Shown here one piece after another: positions 48,600 through 62,481 of a stretch of DNA of 64,000 nt. Within the stretch, counting starts at the first letter, position 1, and every line of letters starts with the position of its first letter. The notes below the pieces were generated by a model. The model had not been told where the DNA came from, did no database searches, and worked only from the letters and a program-made list of their open reading frames with translations. The DNA is from Podospora anserina (lineage: Eukaryota), in the NCBI GenBank assembly GCA_017654855.1, contig CM030337.1, forward strand, positions 4,154,001-4,218,000, given 5' to 3'. The position numbers and the translations under genes were made by a program.

Positions 48600-49757
48600 G
48601 GTGACGGTTATCTTCTGGGTTAGAAGATGGACTGGGTTCGGGTGACGTTGTTGATGGAGGTTGTCGGGGTGGTCGAAAACGAGCGTTTTTCACGGTTGCT
48701 TCTGGCTCCCGAAAGCTGCCAACCAGCGTTGCCGAGAGGCGGAAGAGGTGCCTGAATTATAAGGCTTTCAGCGGTTCAGTCCAAGCTGAGGTGACCCAAG
48801 CTTCACTTTAAATCCTTGGCATGGGCGGAATCCGTGGAAATGATTCTCCGGCTTCTCCACTCCAAAGTGAAGCTAGGCGAGTCCAGGCGCGTGACATCAT
48901 AACCCCCGCACCTCACCAACCCCAGACAAGCAAACGGGCATCAAGGCCCGGGCTTGCGCCGGACCCTGGACATACTACCAAAGTGGACAGCCAGCTGGGG
49001 TGCTGGGCTGATATTTGCTGCATGAAGATGGACTTCAGGCTCACTCACCTCAGGCAGGCGACCAGCTGACGTTGCTTTCCGGACTGGCTGTTGACTTGTA
49101 CTCATCTGTTCCCTGTTCCCAGCTCCCAACTCCCAGCTCCCAGCTCTCCAAGCTTCCCCCCTCCCTCCAGTTCACCTGAAAAGGAAAACACCTTACCTTA
49201 AAGCTCTCCTCGAACCCCTCCTCACCAACCAAATTATCACCAACTTTACCTACCTACTTTACGCTCTCAAGTGCGGGGGAAATAGCTGTGCGCACCGTAG
49301 CACCCGGCCGCCTCTCTGTCCAATTATCCTCCGTCTTCCCCCTCCTTTACTACCATCCTATTTGATTTGCCCTCCACTTCCCCTTCTCCTCGCTCTCAGA
49401 TTGTGCCGTGCCTGCCACTGCCACTTCCAGGTTGCTTCCTCTGCTGTGCTCTGTCTGCACCCACGCCACAAGCTTACCCGGCAGACCGTTGCCCGTCCGC
49501 CTTCTGCTGTTACATCTGCTTCGTTGCTGCTCTTGCGTTTCGAACTCTCCGAGACATCCCATTCGGCACCACATATCGAACCATTCCAACCACCGCACCG
49601 GCGCTCGATTTTCTTTGTTTGCTATTTCTAGCGCGCAATTGAAACTTGTCAAGGCTGACCGTTCCGGCGAGCGACACTTTCATCTGACTCGCTGCTTCGA
49701 GAGACAGTTTTCTTCAGTCTGGCCGATCGACAAGCAAAGTAAACAACCACCGAAATC

Positions 49758-50935
49758 ATGCTCTCTAGACAACTTGCTCGTCGCGCCGCGGCTGGCGCTG
49801 TCGTCCGGCCACCAACCACCAGAGCCTTTACCACCTCACTCGCCCTCTCGTCAAAACGCACCCCCTCCCTCGGGGACATCGAGCCAGAGCAGCAGGAAGT
49901 ATTCAACAAGAAGCAGAAGGAGTTCCGGTTAAAGCTTGCGGAGGCGCAGAAGCAGCGGGAAGCCAGTGCGTTTGCCTCGTCTTCTTCTTCTTCTTCTTCT
50001 TCTTCAACATCGACCTCCTCTTCCCCCTCCACCTCGGCCTTGGGCCTTGGAAAGCTAAGCACAGGGTCGAGCACCGCTACAGGAACCACTGCCAACGCGG
50101 CCGAGCACGAGCCCCCTCGCAAGGCGGGCCCCCTGACGAACCTGATTTACGGGACAAAGGAGGGCCGCGAGATGGACGCCCAGATCGAGGCCAGCTTCAG
50201 CCAGGTGCTGGCGCGCGGCAAGTATGTGCACTCGATTGTCTTCCACGAGGTCAAGCCCAAGGACGTGGACGAGTATGTCGAGCTGGTGGGCAAGTGGTAT
50301 CCCCGCATGGCCAGCATGCCGGAGAATAAGGTTCATCTGGTGGGCAGTTGGAGAACGGAGGTTGGCGACTGCGAGACATTTGGTATGTTTTCTTTTTGAT
50401 ACCTGTGTAGCTCCCGTCGTTTGGGTGACTAATCTGCTTTGTCTCAACAGTACACATCTGGGAATATCAGCGCTATCAAGGCTATCATGCCTCCTTGAAC
50501 GCCATCTCCCGCCACCCGGAATATCCAGCCTTTGAAAAGAAGCTCCGCGGCTTGATTCGCAGCAAAAAGTCCTCTCTCATGCAAGAGTTCTCGTTCTGGC
50601 CAACGACCCCTCCCCGACAGCTCGGCGGCATCTTTGAGCTGCGCTCCTACACGCTCCACCCCGGTAACCTTCTCGAGTGGGAGACGCACTGGAGGCGCGG
50701 ACTCAAGGCCAGGCGCGAGGTGATGGAAGGTGTGGGAGCCTGGTTTGTGCAGATTGGCGATCTCAACACGGTGCACCACCTCTGGCAGTTTGCTGATCTC
50801 GAGGAGCGCAAGATCCGCCGCGAGAAGAGCTGGAGCCAGGAGGGCTGGGCCGAAACAGTGCACAAGACGGTACCCCTGATCCAGGAAATGAAGAGCAGGA
50901 TTCTGGTGCCCATGCCTTGGTCTCCAGTGGCCTAA
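49758..50935 (+). CDS. NIPSNAP family mitochondrial protein; 2 exons
   Basis: Mitochondrial-type presequence, SQVLARGKYVHSI, intron 50383-50450, IFELRSYTLHPGNLLEWETHWRRG, GAWFVQIGDLNTVHHLW, SRILVPMPWSP. Confidence 0.95.
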
Positions 50936-51311
50936 CATCCATCCAGACATGTTTTTTTGTTTGACCGCACCTGTAGCTAGCCAGGCATGCTGAACTTGCT
51001 AATCATAAATCAATTCGAACCAAACCATGAACCTACCAATACTCCCCATGCTTTGCGCCATGTGTAATTCAAGTGTGAGAATGTCTGAAACAGCACATGA
51101 ACCCTTTCGAGTAGTACGTCCGATCCAACTCCAGCCAATGCGAACAACAACCACCCCTTGTCATCTGATCAACGTTCCCTATTCCTGCACTGCCATCAAG
51201 TGTCTCGTCAGCTTCCTCCCCTGTCCCATCTAGTCCCAGTGGTATGGCCGTGTACTAGTGGCCACCCCCAGTGACGCTCGACCCGCGATGACTACGAGGA
51301 TAAGACGATGC

Positions 51312-52506
51312 CTAATCCTCCATTTCCTCCCCCATGACAGCTGCCAGATTCCTCCTCGCCAAGCTCAGCGTATGCGTCAGAGCCGTGAGCTTGGCTGTCA
51401 AACTCATGAGACTGGGATCCGCACTCTCGACCCTGACCTTTTCCCTCACATACACCTCGACCTCTTTTCTTCGGGTGCCTGAGAGCACCGGCGCCAAGGG
51501 AATGTTTGGATCGTGGTTGCTATTGTGAATGTGCGGTAGCCCAGTCGAGTCGCCACCTGTGCAGCAGTACCCGAAAACCCGCTCGGCTTCGTCGTGTTCG
51601 AGACGGCGGGCGGTGCCAATGGCGAGGGCAAGCTTAGTGCTAAAGTGTACAGGGGCGTGGGCGGGTTCGAGGGTTCGGAGCCAGAGGACCAAACTTGAGT
51701 CCTGAATGGTGAGGTGGAAGGACAGGCAAGGATGGGAGGACTGGTTGTGCGAGCTGTTGGAGGGGATGGTCAAGGGCGGGATGAAGTGGGAGGGCGCTGC
51801 GGAGCGAGAGGTCCAAGAGGGATCCGAGTTGAGAAGAGGCGGCCCTTTGAGAATGGCGAGGGACTCTGTAAAGGACTGCGAGAGGAGGCGCAGCTGGGCC
51901 GACAGAAACTGGGGGGAGGATGTATTCTTGTCCAAGGTTGGCGAGGACTCGGTTGGGTACGAGTAACTGAGGGTCAAGTTGAGGAGGTCGATCGAGTGGG
52001 TAAGCAAGGTGTGGAGGGTAGTAAGCGGGCCGAGGTGTATTGGATGGTCGGGGTTGATGCTAATCGTTTGCTGAGGAAGGGTGCGCAGACGAAGGTGGAT
52101 GGTCTATTTCACAAACGTTAGGGAACATCAGCGACACAGGAGATCGGGAAACAACAAACCCCCTTGACAATGCGCGTTCCGACACGGGTGATGGTGCCCT
52201 TTACTATCTCATTTCGAGGGGTGCTCAACACCAGAGTAGATCCGGGATCGATGGGCGCAAGCAGCGCATAGCAATCTTCGAGGCCATGCTTGAGGTTGGT
52301 GAGGGTTTCGTGGAGCTCTTGAACAAGCCAGCCGAGTTCGCGTTCCTGTGTTTGCGGTGGTGTAAGTGGAGGTCTAACCACGACCCAAGATTCCAAAAGC
52401 GTCTCAGCCATTGTGCTCCTGCTCCAAATCAGCGACGTACTTCAGATTCCCTAATGGCGACCTTAAGTTCTTCTGGCGCAATTCGAGGCCAGATTTCGAC
52501 AGACAT
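51312..52506 (-). CDS. RAV2: RAVE complex subunit 2 / Rogdi family; 3 exons
   Basis: MSVEIWP..E|ERELGWL..STLVLSTPRNEIVKGTITRVGTRIVKG|TIHLRL..VYVREKVRVESADPSLMSLTAKLTAL. Introns at about 52346-52440 and 52103-52160. Confidence 0.85.
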
Positions 52507-53097
52507 GGTTTACGCGTCCCGGGCTATCGTGATGTTTGATTCGGGATGTAGGCATCCATATTACGATTGAGACTCTGTCGGTTGTATGGTGACTGTCAGC
52601 AACAATGATGGTGTGCCTGGATTATGGTTATCATATGCATGCAAAAGAGAACAAAACCGTTGGAAGCTGAAGTGGTATGACGCTGCTGTCTGAGACGCTG
52701 TCGCAATTGTTGGCGGGGAGCTCCATGTTAGCCAGCAAATACGGCAGGCGGTCAAAGCTCCAGTGGGGCTCTTCAGCCTTGGCCCCGCCCAGTTCTGGGG
52801 TTGACGGTCCGACTAATGGCTTTGAACTTTTGACACCATCCATCCATCAACTACGCCGACCTCTGACGACGGGACTCACTCTCTACACTTTGCATAGCCG
52901 GCACAAACTATACCGGCAGAGCCTCTGTGACAGTTCCAAGCCCTCATCATACAGAGATATTGTTGCTCCAACTCTTGCACCACAGGCCGCATCGCATATC
53001 CATCCAAGAAGCCATTCCCCCCATCTAGTCAACGGCGATCTCTCTTTTGCGGCTATCATACACCCGGCGACGCACCAGCTTCTCCAGTCGCAGTGCC

Positions 53098-53797
53098 ATG
53101 GCCTCTCCAACGACACAGCAGCCCGTGGGCGCACCAACTACGCTGCCAAACAAACCCGAAAACAAACTCCCACCCATTCCAGATGGTTCGTTACCCTCAC
53201 CTAGAGCGACCGCAAATCTGGCCCACTCTGCTAACACCTTTGGGGTATGCAGGCTCTCGAATCCGCAAACGCCCCCTTCCCCTCCCTCCTCACCGGCGCA
53301 CCTTGAAGTCGGCCGCATCCTCTGTCAATTTCCAAAACCAGACGACACCCGACATTGATGGCTACCTGCCCCCTCCTCGCGCGAATCGCACCCAGATCAT
53401 CAAGGTGGCCTCTTCGGCCTCCCACATGTCACTTGTAAAACGCGTACGAAAGGCACTGGAGAGCGCCCGAAATAACCAACAGGGAACAACAAAAGGTCTG
53501 CCCTTGGCAGCACGTGTTGCCGCTCTGGGTGCGAAGAATGGGGGATCAGACCAAACCGGGCCAATATCAGATGCGCTGGATGATGTCGTGCTTATTGCGA
53601 CGGGGAGGGCAATTCAGAAGGCGGTTGAGGTGGGGGCCTCGTTCACGAGAGAACGAGATTTGATTGTGATTGCGAGGACGAGGACGGTACAGGCAGTGGA
53701 CGACATCGAAATGATGGACGAGGATGCGGAGGAGGAGGACTCGGCGCGGGTCAGACATGTTAGTTGTGTCGAGGTTGGAGTGAGGTGGGCCAGTTGA
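53098..53797 (+). CDS. POP7: RNase P/MRP subunit Pop7/Rpp20; 2 exons
   Basis: KLPPIPD|GSRIRKRPL, IIKVASSASHMSLVKRVRKAL, VVLIATGRAIQKAV, RTRTVQAVDDI, RVRHVSCVEV. Intron about 53185-53252. Confidence 0.85.
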
Positions 53798-56052
53798 TTG
53801 TAGCAGAAGCCAGGAGAGATTCACTGGGAGATTCAACAGCATCATCACATTGGCGTTTTGGGCGGTTATTGGATATGCAAGGGAAATATGACATGGGCGT
53901 TGTTTGGGTTTTGGCTTGAAGTGGGCATAATTGGTGGGGGATATACCCAGAGGCCATATGTTATGCGTTTGGGGACACGATCATGATCTGTGGACTAGGG
54001 TTTTTTTTTTGTCAAATGATGTGGCGAGGGCCAGCTCTACTGCATTTTCTCGAGTCACGCGATGGTGCAAGACGCTTATTGCACATGGTACAACTGTCGA
54101 AGCATATATGGCATCGAATACTCTCCTGCCGCCACTAGGTTACAACATTTGCAAGTGACAGCAGTCTCAGTCGGGTTCAAGCCGGGCTTGGAGTGGTCGG
54201 GCAATGTCGACAGGCGTCCAAGAAATACCGATAGCAACACTTTCGGGGTTATGGTTTAGCTAGATCAGTCACCTACCCGGCCTACTTGGTACATCTCTCG
54301 GATACTTGAATCAAGACATCATAACCACCCTCACTGAGCAGCAGACATAGTCAGGTAGCGCAGTCGCTAAAGACCGGGGCTCGTGTACGCACAAGTCCGA
54401 GCCTTATGAGGGGGATATAATATACCGAGCACTGAGGTGGGCTTGAAGCTCCGCGCTGGAATGCTCTCCCGTTGCCTCGGAGAATGAGGGGCAGTGTTTG
54501 GTCTGCGCATCATGACCCAAATTGCGTCACTCGAATGTGTCGTCAACAATTCCAAGCCATGCAAGGCAGCCTGATGGTCGGATATCCACAGCATTAGGGT
54601 TTTTGGAAATGCCACATGGCACCAATAGTTAAAGTTTTCGGACGCCAGGTGTTGGGCCTCAACTGCTTTCAAAACAAGAAAAAAATGGCGCAGTTTTGGA
54701 ATTGGGTTAGTTTTACGCAGTAGTATCGGTGGATTGATCATCATCCCTCTGAAGGGGGAAACATCGTGAGACTGGCCCTTTGTAGTTTTGACTTTTTATT
54801 TTGTTTGTGACTCCCTGCGCATGGACCATCCATCCGTTGTTCTGCTTGGGATCGTTCGCAAAGCAGGGCCGAAAGATGGTGCGAAAAAAGAGCGATCCAT
54901 CTTTCCCCAGGAAAACGCACGGGCAGCTCTCGAACGGAAAGAAGCGTTGGTCTCGGCTCACCCCTTCCCGTTGGCACGTCATGTCAGGCACACCAATCAG
55001 AACACGCGCCGAGGTGGGGCGCTCTTCTCGAAAGCAAATTGCACAAATTTCACCAACGTCCATTATGCCGCCTCGAATTGGTCCAGACTTTGCCGCTGCC
55101 TCCTCGAGAAGATCCTGATTTCGGGAGCTGTTGGACGGGAATCAAGAAGATGGCAAAGACAGACAGATGAAGTGGAAACAGACTGCTGGCCACGTGTGGC
55201 TGTCGAGTCCAGGTGCCAGGATGATGCGATCCGATGCGTGGATGCCAAAAAGGAAGCGGCTTTGCTGGCACAGCATGCATGCCCTTTTGGGGATGGCGGC
55301 CAACGTGACAAAGTAGGGTTCGCAATGACAGAGCGAGATCGGGAGTTGGACCTGCAATTTCCTGCATGAAACAGCTCTTGCCCTTGAGCGCCGTGCGGCT
55401 GCTCATCATGGCCATGACGAGAGAAAGACGACTTTATCCGCCAGAGGGAGACGGGGTCGGCCGATGAAGGGGGCCTGGCAACGAGGGCCGGGACGGGAGC
55501 CAGCCAGCGGGCGGCAAAAGGTGAGAGACAGCTCTCAGCAGAGGGAGGCGGACGACCCAGCAGAGAGACAAGCAGGGATGCCTTGGATGTGGTGGACTTG
55601 CTGCAGGTACCGCTGCAACATCGTCCGTGGCGCCAATCCCCTTGCGGGGAAGCCCGCGGTACGTACCTTTGTTATTATCGGTCCCAATCACTTGGCAGGC
55701 CAGGCGCAATTTGCCGTCCCCCAGACATATCGTGGGCTCTCCCGCCGTTGTCCTTCGTCCTCGCCCTCTCTTCACCCTCTCACCAGCCTCACTCTTTCGC
55801 TGCACTGCACCGCACGCACGCTTCACCTCAGACTTCGTTGGCAAAGTCTATCTTTTGGAAGCTGCTCCTGCTCACTCGACGTGGTCTAAATTCATTCATT
55901 CTGCTATCTATCCATCTCCAACTCTGCCAACAGATTAGCCCAACCTACCATTGTACATTTGTACCGCACATACAAGCAAACATTGATACACAAAAGGACG
56001 ATTTTTGCCCGAGCCGGACGGATCACCACAAACATCTACAAACATCTTCACA

Positions 56053-56373
56053 ATGCAGCTCTCAGCGCTCTTCACTGCCCTCCTCCTGCCTCTCATGGCC
56101 GTTGCCGAGGGCGAGTCCACCACCACCAAGACAAAGACTCTGACTCTCACCGAGACCCTCACCCTCCAGCGTCTCCAAGCCGTTCACACGGGTTCGCACA
56201 ACTCCACCGCCGCCCTCCAAACCGGTGCCACCACCACCTTCAACCCTGCCGCCTCGACCACCACATCAGGACCGACACTCGACCCCACACCGGACAATGC
56301 TGCCGGTGCTCTCAATGCCGCCAACGTTGCCGCCGCCGCCATGGCCGGCATTGTCGTCGTTGCTTTCCTCTAA
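56053..56373 (+). CDS. Small secreted Thr-rich, probably GPI-anchored protein (106 aa)
   Basis: acaATG start, signal peptide MQLSALFTALLLPLMAVA, Thr-rich core, omega-like NAAG followed by a hydrophobic C-terminus. Confidence 0.85.
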   Translation: MQLSALFTALLLPLMAVAEGESTTTKTKTLTLTETLTLQRLQAVHTGSHNSTAALQTGATTTFNPAASTTTSGPTLDPTPDNAAGALNAANVAAAAMAGIVVVAFL

Positions 56374-58472
56374 GCAGGCAACAGCGGTAATTTCATTCTG
56401 ATGGTGATGGGGTCTGGGAGGAGCTATTTGGGCACTATCAATCCGATTCTACGATGCGAGCATCTTACCAATCATTTCTTTTGTCTCTGAGCGAGGCGCG
56501 ATATTCTTGGTTCGGCCCCTTCCCGGTCAGCTTCATCATCAACATCAGACAACCTTCTCATGAGCATACGACCATTTTTGACGACATCAAGAACAAATCA
56601 TTTTACAACAAAAAATCTCCCATCGCCAAAGCGGGCTTGGGAATCGCGACTACTCCACGGTTGTCAGCACCCTTCTTATTCTTCAAACCTTAATTCTTTT
56701 CTTTTGTCTGACAACCTCGACACTTGTTGCGAACAACAACAACACTTTACAACAATCTTCGATTCTCGAGTTCAGGCAGGCCGGGGCGCGTTCTCTTGTC
56801 ACTTGACGAGAAGCGCTTGACGATATTGGGCCTCGGGATACCCTCACAAACTTGGACCATGACCACTTTTTACCAACACTTTTATTCGTTCTTCCAGCAC
56901 TATTAGCCACCGCCGCCACCCGATACCGCAGCGCCATGATGCTCTTCCCAGTTCAAGGCCAAAACCCGCCTCTTTTAAGCCTTTTACGCAGCATACGACC
57001 AAACGTACTCTTTACGACCACGACTCAGATACCCAAATACCCCCTCCCACTTCACTTCTTGAGGGTCTCGGTCTTGGGTGAGATGCAACAACTGGCTGCT
57101 TTGTGTGATTCGGTGGTGATTGGTTACGTTTGCTGGCTGGACCTTTTATCCTTTTTTTTTAACCTTCAACCAACTTCTTCCACATCCAACAAAACTTGTG
57201 TGTGGTGAAGAGAAGTACATCGGATCTTTGACTTTGCATATATGGGGGACGGGAGGCAGGGAAAAGTTTCAAGGCCGGGGTCGGGATCTGTTGGCGTACG
57301 GCAAACCTTCTAACACACACATATTTTGACGATGCGAATGGATGGAGGAGAGACACCATGCGCGCATGATATGGGAGGAGAAACAAAGAGAGAGATGGAT
57401 TGGAGGAAACACAACACTTTTCTTCTTTTCTTGAACACACTTCTTTTTAGCCTTCTATACATGCACAAGTTATTGATACCCTTTTTTCCTTTTTTGAGCA
57501 TGACCAGCTTCGCCGCTTACCAGTGAGATCTTGTGTGCCCTACAACGTGGTATTGAGAGCTTGACTTTTGCCCTCACTTTTGCCCATTTCTCTCGCTCCT
57601 TGGTTTTGCCAGCGTGTCGCCGCATTTCATTCCCCATCAGCGATGTCACCTCTCGGCACATCAGAGATTTTCGCTCAACTCATCTCGGAAGACTTTTATG
57701 CACAACTGATAAGGTAAGATATTTGTCATTATTCAAGCTTTTTCTCACCCGTATAATGATCATCGCACCTAGAACGACCTCTTTTCGAGCTCATCTTGGT
57801 GTGCCTTCAAAGTGTTTGCATTCCAGTCTCCAAACCAAACCCAAATAAGTTCATCGGAATGTTTCGAACAAAGCCCCAAAACGCGACCCACACGTTCGTC
57901 TCATCTTGCTTCTTCTTCACACACTTGCCTTGCCGCGAAGGCCCTGGCTCGCCTTTTAAAACACAAGTCCAGAACCCGGGCCACGTTCCCCACCCCGCTC
58001 GTTGACTCCATCGCCAGTCCCATCTTCCCCCCCTGATGCTGGCCCGAGCTTCCCTTCCCCCGTGTGCAATTTCCGCTTCGGAGGAGATTTGTGGGGAATC
58101 CCCGTCACCTTCCGGATACTCCTGATCGGTCCGATCCGAGCGAGATTGTTCGGAGGCAGGGGTGTCACGGCCACGGCCGGGGGAGATGATCTGAGATCCA
58201 ATATCTGATAAGGATTGCTTTTCTGAGCAATGCGACACCGCAAGATCTTGACTGTTCTAAATCAAACCTCAGTGAAGAGAAGCCCATCGTGATAAGTGAT
58301 TACCAGGTAACTGGGTACTCTAACAACTAGCTAAGCCCGGGTGCACTATGTGCTTCCAAAAGCCCATCACTGAGATTCTTCATTCATCGTCCCAAGAAAT
58401 CCCTCCTCTGATCAACATGATACCTAAGACACCTCTTGTCAGTGTCAATGATAAGAACTACAAACAAACAAC

Positions 58473-61060
58473 TCAAGAAGTCGACGACACATTTGTGCCA
58501 TTGCCATCGTTCCTGAAGATCCCCATCGTACTGGCATATGTTGCAATGGTTTCGTTCCAAAACGCGACGTCCTCCCCTTTGTTGGTGAGCATGCTCACGC
58601 TCCCAATCGTGTTTAGGTTGTACATCTGCAAACCCGTCGTGGAGTTGACCACTTCTGTGCCGTTGGCATCCTGAATCGAAAAGATTCTCGCCTGGCAGTT
58701 TTCGCCCGCATGGTTGGTGCTGCAGTTGGTGCAGTAGTTGTTGAAGAAGCTGTAGAGGCCAGCACCAAACACCGTGATGTTCTTGGACCCAATGATGCGC
58801 ATAGCCCACGCCATGGCGCACGGCGGGTCACCTGGCAGCTGCTCAACCATGCTGGGGGACGAACCAGGGCAATCGGTCATGAAATCAGGGTCGTGCAGGG
58901 TGGTGTTAACCTGTGTAAAAGGGTAAGGGGCCTGTGGGTTGGGTTGGTAATATGGTGTCTCTGTTTGAATCTGACCCATCCACAGATTAGATGCGTTGAC
59001 CAGCTGATACTGGTAAAGAGTGTGGTGCTCAACTGCATTGCCCAGCATCCAGATATTGGACCCTTCGATCAAGAGCCCTCGGCCGGCAAAGACATCGATC
59101 CGAGTCTGGTTCCAGTCCTCAATATCGTGGTCAGCAACCCACATCCAGTTATTTTCCATGTACAAATTGCCAGCACTCGGCGTGATGTGCATGCTCATGT
59201 ACCCAGCAATGCAGGCAGGCTCAACGACATTGGTGATGTTGGGAGTGATGGGGCATTCTGCCACCTGGAGCTTGGAGCCTCCGAAACCGCCAATGCGAAC
59301 ATGGACATCCCAAAGTCCCGATGGAGGTGTATCGACGGTGATATTCCCGTCCAGTATTGGGGTGTTCAAGTTGTACTCGATGGCAATAGCGCCTGCTGTT
59401 GGGCCTTGTGTCGAGACAATGATATCGCTGATTTCGACGTAGCCAAGCTCACCAGGCTTTCCGATCTGAACCACTGGACGGGGATTGGTGACGTCGGAAA
59501 ACTTTTTGCCTGCGCCCATGATGACGGCGGCAAGACCTTCACCGACAACTCGAGCACCTGCTGGGATATACACGGTGTCAGTCACCCGGTAAAACCCCGC
59601 ATCCAGAAACCCAACCACTGTCGGCTCGGTCGCAACGTCAAAGAACGAGTTCAAAGCCACTGTGTCATCAGTCACACCGTCTCCAACAGCGTAGTGGTTG
59701 CGGGCCGACACGAATGCGCCGGCAGGGTAGCCCTCATATTGAGGCTTCGACCTCTCGTAGTACTGATCACCGAGTTTTAGGGCGGAAGGCTGGTCAAAGG
59801 CAATATCACGTCCCTCAAACGCAGATGGCCCTTCGGGAGCGTAAAGGTTTCCCTATATCTGAGGTCAACATAATGCGAGATTGATCACAGAATATCTGAG
59901 AGCTCTTACCTTGGCATAGCCACACTCAAAGAGGGCTCCTGAAGCATTGCCGGCGAGAACTTGGTTTCCGTCCAGATCCTTCATAACCGTGGGAACGTTG
60001 GTGTACTTGACATTTTGAATCAGCAGTGACCCAAGACCACTAGCGCTGCTATTGTGTCTGCCCACAATGATGGCAGTATCGACATTGGTAAACGAGCTGT
60101 CCAGCAGTGTGACGGAGCCTACGTCGGGAGAGGACATGTTGAGGCCAATCTCGCAGTCATTGATGTTGAGAGACTTGTACGTAAATCCCCAGTTCCAAAC
60201 TTGCAGGATGGCAGTTTGCGAGCCGTGAAAAGTGAGGTTGCGTACGGTATACTGTTGGCTACCAAACTGGGCTCCGTACTGTCCGCCGTAAAAGACAAGA
60301 TCAGTCAGCATGCCGCCGCTGCCCTCTTCCATATAAATTCCCGTATGTCCGTCCTCAAAGTTTGGTGACAGTCTGAAGACACAGTTGTGAATGACAGTAG
60401 CCTGGGCAGACGGCCAATGGACTGCCCAGGTCTGGTGCGATATGGCTGTGGTATCGAACACCAGGTTGCGGACCTGTCGGAAGAAGACGTTGGTAGAGAT
60501 GAAATTGAGCTCTACAAGACAAAACAAGGTTAACTTCAAGCCGGGCTGGAGCTGGCGTGGAGAGGCCACACATACTGCCATTGCTGAGATATGGATCGGC
60601 ATCAAGCAAGGCCTTCCCATCCTGAGTGAAGTTGGAACCGCCCTTTATGACGGGCATATCAGTGGGGTCGCCAATCATCTGAGTGTAGAAGAGGCCGACG
60701 ATTGGGCTGGAGATCAGGTAGGTTCCGGGCGGAAAGTAAACAATGGCCGGGTTGATGGTTGCTCCAATGCAGCCATAGCCACCGCAGCGATTGCCGTGAC
60801 TCATGGCGGCATTAATGGCAGCAGTATCGTCGGTAACTAAAGCATTGTTAACCTGAAGTTCCAGATCATGGATGGCATTGAACATCTTCTAGGCTCCTAC
60901 CTCCATCACCTTTGGCACCAAAGTCACGAACATTTCGAAAAACTTGATATCCTCTGTCGGGGTTGAAGGAGGCAATTCCCTGGTGGGACAGATCCTCCAT
61001 CCAGAAGGTAGCACGGACAAGTGAAGCTGCAAGCAGCCAGAGGCGATTTATGCTCTTCAT
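58473..61060 (-). CDS. GH55 exo-beta-1,3-glucanase (pectate-lyase-3-like beta-helix); 4 exons
   Basis: Signal peptide, YQVFRNVRDFGAKGDG|VTDDTAAIN, VYFPPGTYLIS, FFRQVRN, second repeat GDGVTDDT, WDVHVRIGG, WMWVADHD, EHHTLYQY, QTETPYYQP. Introns at about 60837-60900, 60511-60574 and 59853-59909. Confidence 0.96.
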
Positions 61061-62112
61061 TGTTGATGTGTCGTACGAATGAAGTGGTTAGAGAGACACC
61101 ACTCTAGGCAACGATGTCTGAGTGGAGCAGCGAAGAAGCAACCGGGGGAAACAACAAGTGCTATGCGGCCGAGAGTCTTGTCGTGTCTCTGTCTGCAGAG
61201 ATGAGGTGTTGGAACTGGAGGAGCACAAGCCTTTACTTTTCCTGATGCCTGACAGTGCTTGCACCGAGGAAGGAGCACACACTCCTGGGGGGCACTGTGC
61301 TGGTGACATGCCGTGCACCTTCCTCTTGGATTATGAATGGGGAGGGAAGCCATTTCATGAGACGTCATCTTTGATACAGAACTTTAGAATTCTGTTTCAC
61401 ACCTCAGTTCCGTATGTATCACAGGGTAATATCACGAGCACAGGACAATCCCTAACTGCAAGTTGAGCTCGGGGCTGTTGGAAAGGAAAGCCGGAAGACT
61501 CGAAATCAACAGACAGCCCGGCAGGTTCGAGGCACTGGAACTCCGGTTTGCCTTGTGATGATCAGCATGCTCAAAAGATTCCGCAAGGAGGCGGGCAACG
61601 GGTGAGGTTCAAAGTGGGCACCTGCCATCAGCCGGCTTAGATAAGCTTTGGTCTGAACCTCCGGTCGCACTAACAAGGCCAGCAGGGCATGGTATTCAAA
61701 TATGTTAGTATTGTCAGCCTGCATCGGAGCCGCTTAACATCAATGCTGGGAGCGCCTCGTCCCACCTGCCACCATTCTTTCTTCCCTGTAATAACCCCCG
61801 GAGTGGTCGTCAAGTCCAGGGGCCCGGAAATCTTCTCCATTTTTTCTTTTTTTTCCTTTGCTTAACATTATTGAGCTACACTTCGGCTTCCATCTTGCAA
61901 GAGCCGCATTTCTTTGTCGCCATCTCCCACTCGCATGGCATGTTTTGCTACGGAGCCCCACTCAAGATTAATGACCACATGGACAACAAAGAACATGGCC
62001 AACGTATATCGGACGCAAGAAGTACCCGGTCATTTTGGTCTCCTTGAAGATATACCAAAGGCAAGGCCCTTCAAACCACTCTCCAACACTCGACTTTTCC
62101 ATAGCAGTCAAC

Positions 62113-62301
62113 ATGCCCGAAGCAACCAAACGCACCCAACAGTCCGCTGCAACTGGGCCCTCAGGATTAACCATCCGCGGCTTCTTTACCAAAAGCTCTG
62201 CTGGCAGTTCGAGTAGCCAAACAGGTCCCCAGAGACCATCAGCAAAGCCCAGAAAAGATGAGGACGAAGACCACTTGGCTGACGGCTGTGTGGTTTCGTG
62301 A
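62113..62301 (+). CDS. Putative 62-aa hydrophilic microprotein with C-terminal CaaX (CVVS)
   Basis: caacATG strong context; MPEATKRTQQSAAT...DEDEDHLADGCVVS*. Confidence 0.45.
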   Translation: MPEATKRTQQSAATGPSGLTIRGFFTKSSAGSSSSQTGPQRPSAKPRKDEDEDHLADGCVVS

Positions 62302-62481
62302 CTGTTACAGGACGCCCATGAGGGACTTGGTCCAACAAGCTGATCTTTTCGAGGCCAGACACGTGGATATTGCTGCAGCATATAAGATCCTCTTAGTGGT
62401 CGTTGTCTGCCAGTCTCTCGAGTAGCCTCCGGGAACCATACCGATTTTCAAGTCCAGTTATCAACAGCAATAAGCTGTACA

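Noticed and set aside
56565-57001. CATACGACCA matches resembling the 5' end of fungal 5S rRNA
   Set aside because: Similarity stops after about 10 nt, with no internal 5S boxes.
58710-59780. 356-aa ORF opposite GH55 (likewise 14106-15005 opposite GH16)
   Set aside because: Antisense shadow with no independent coding signal.
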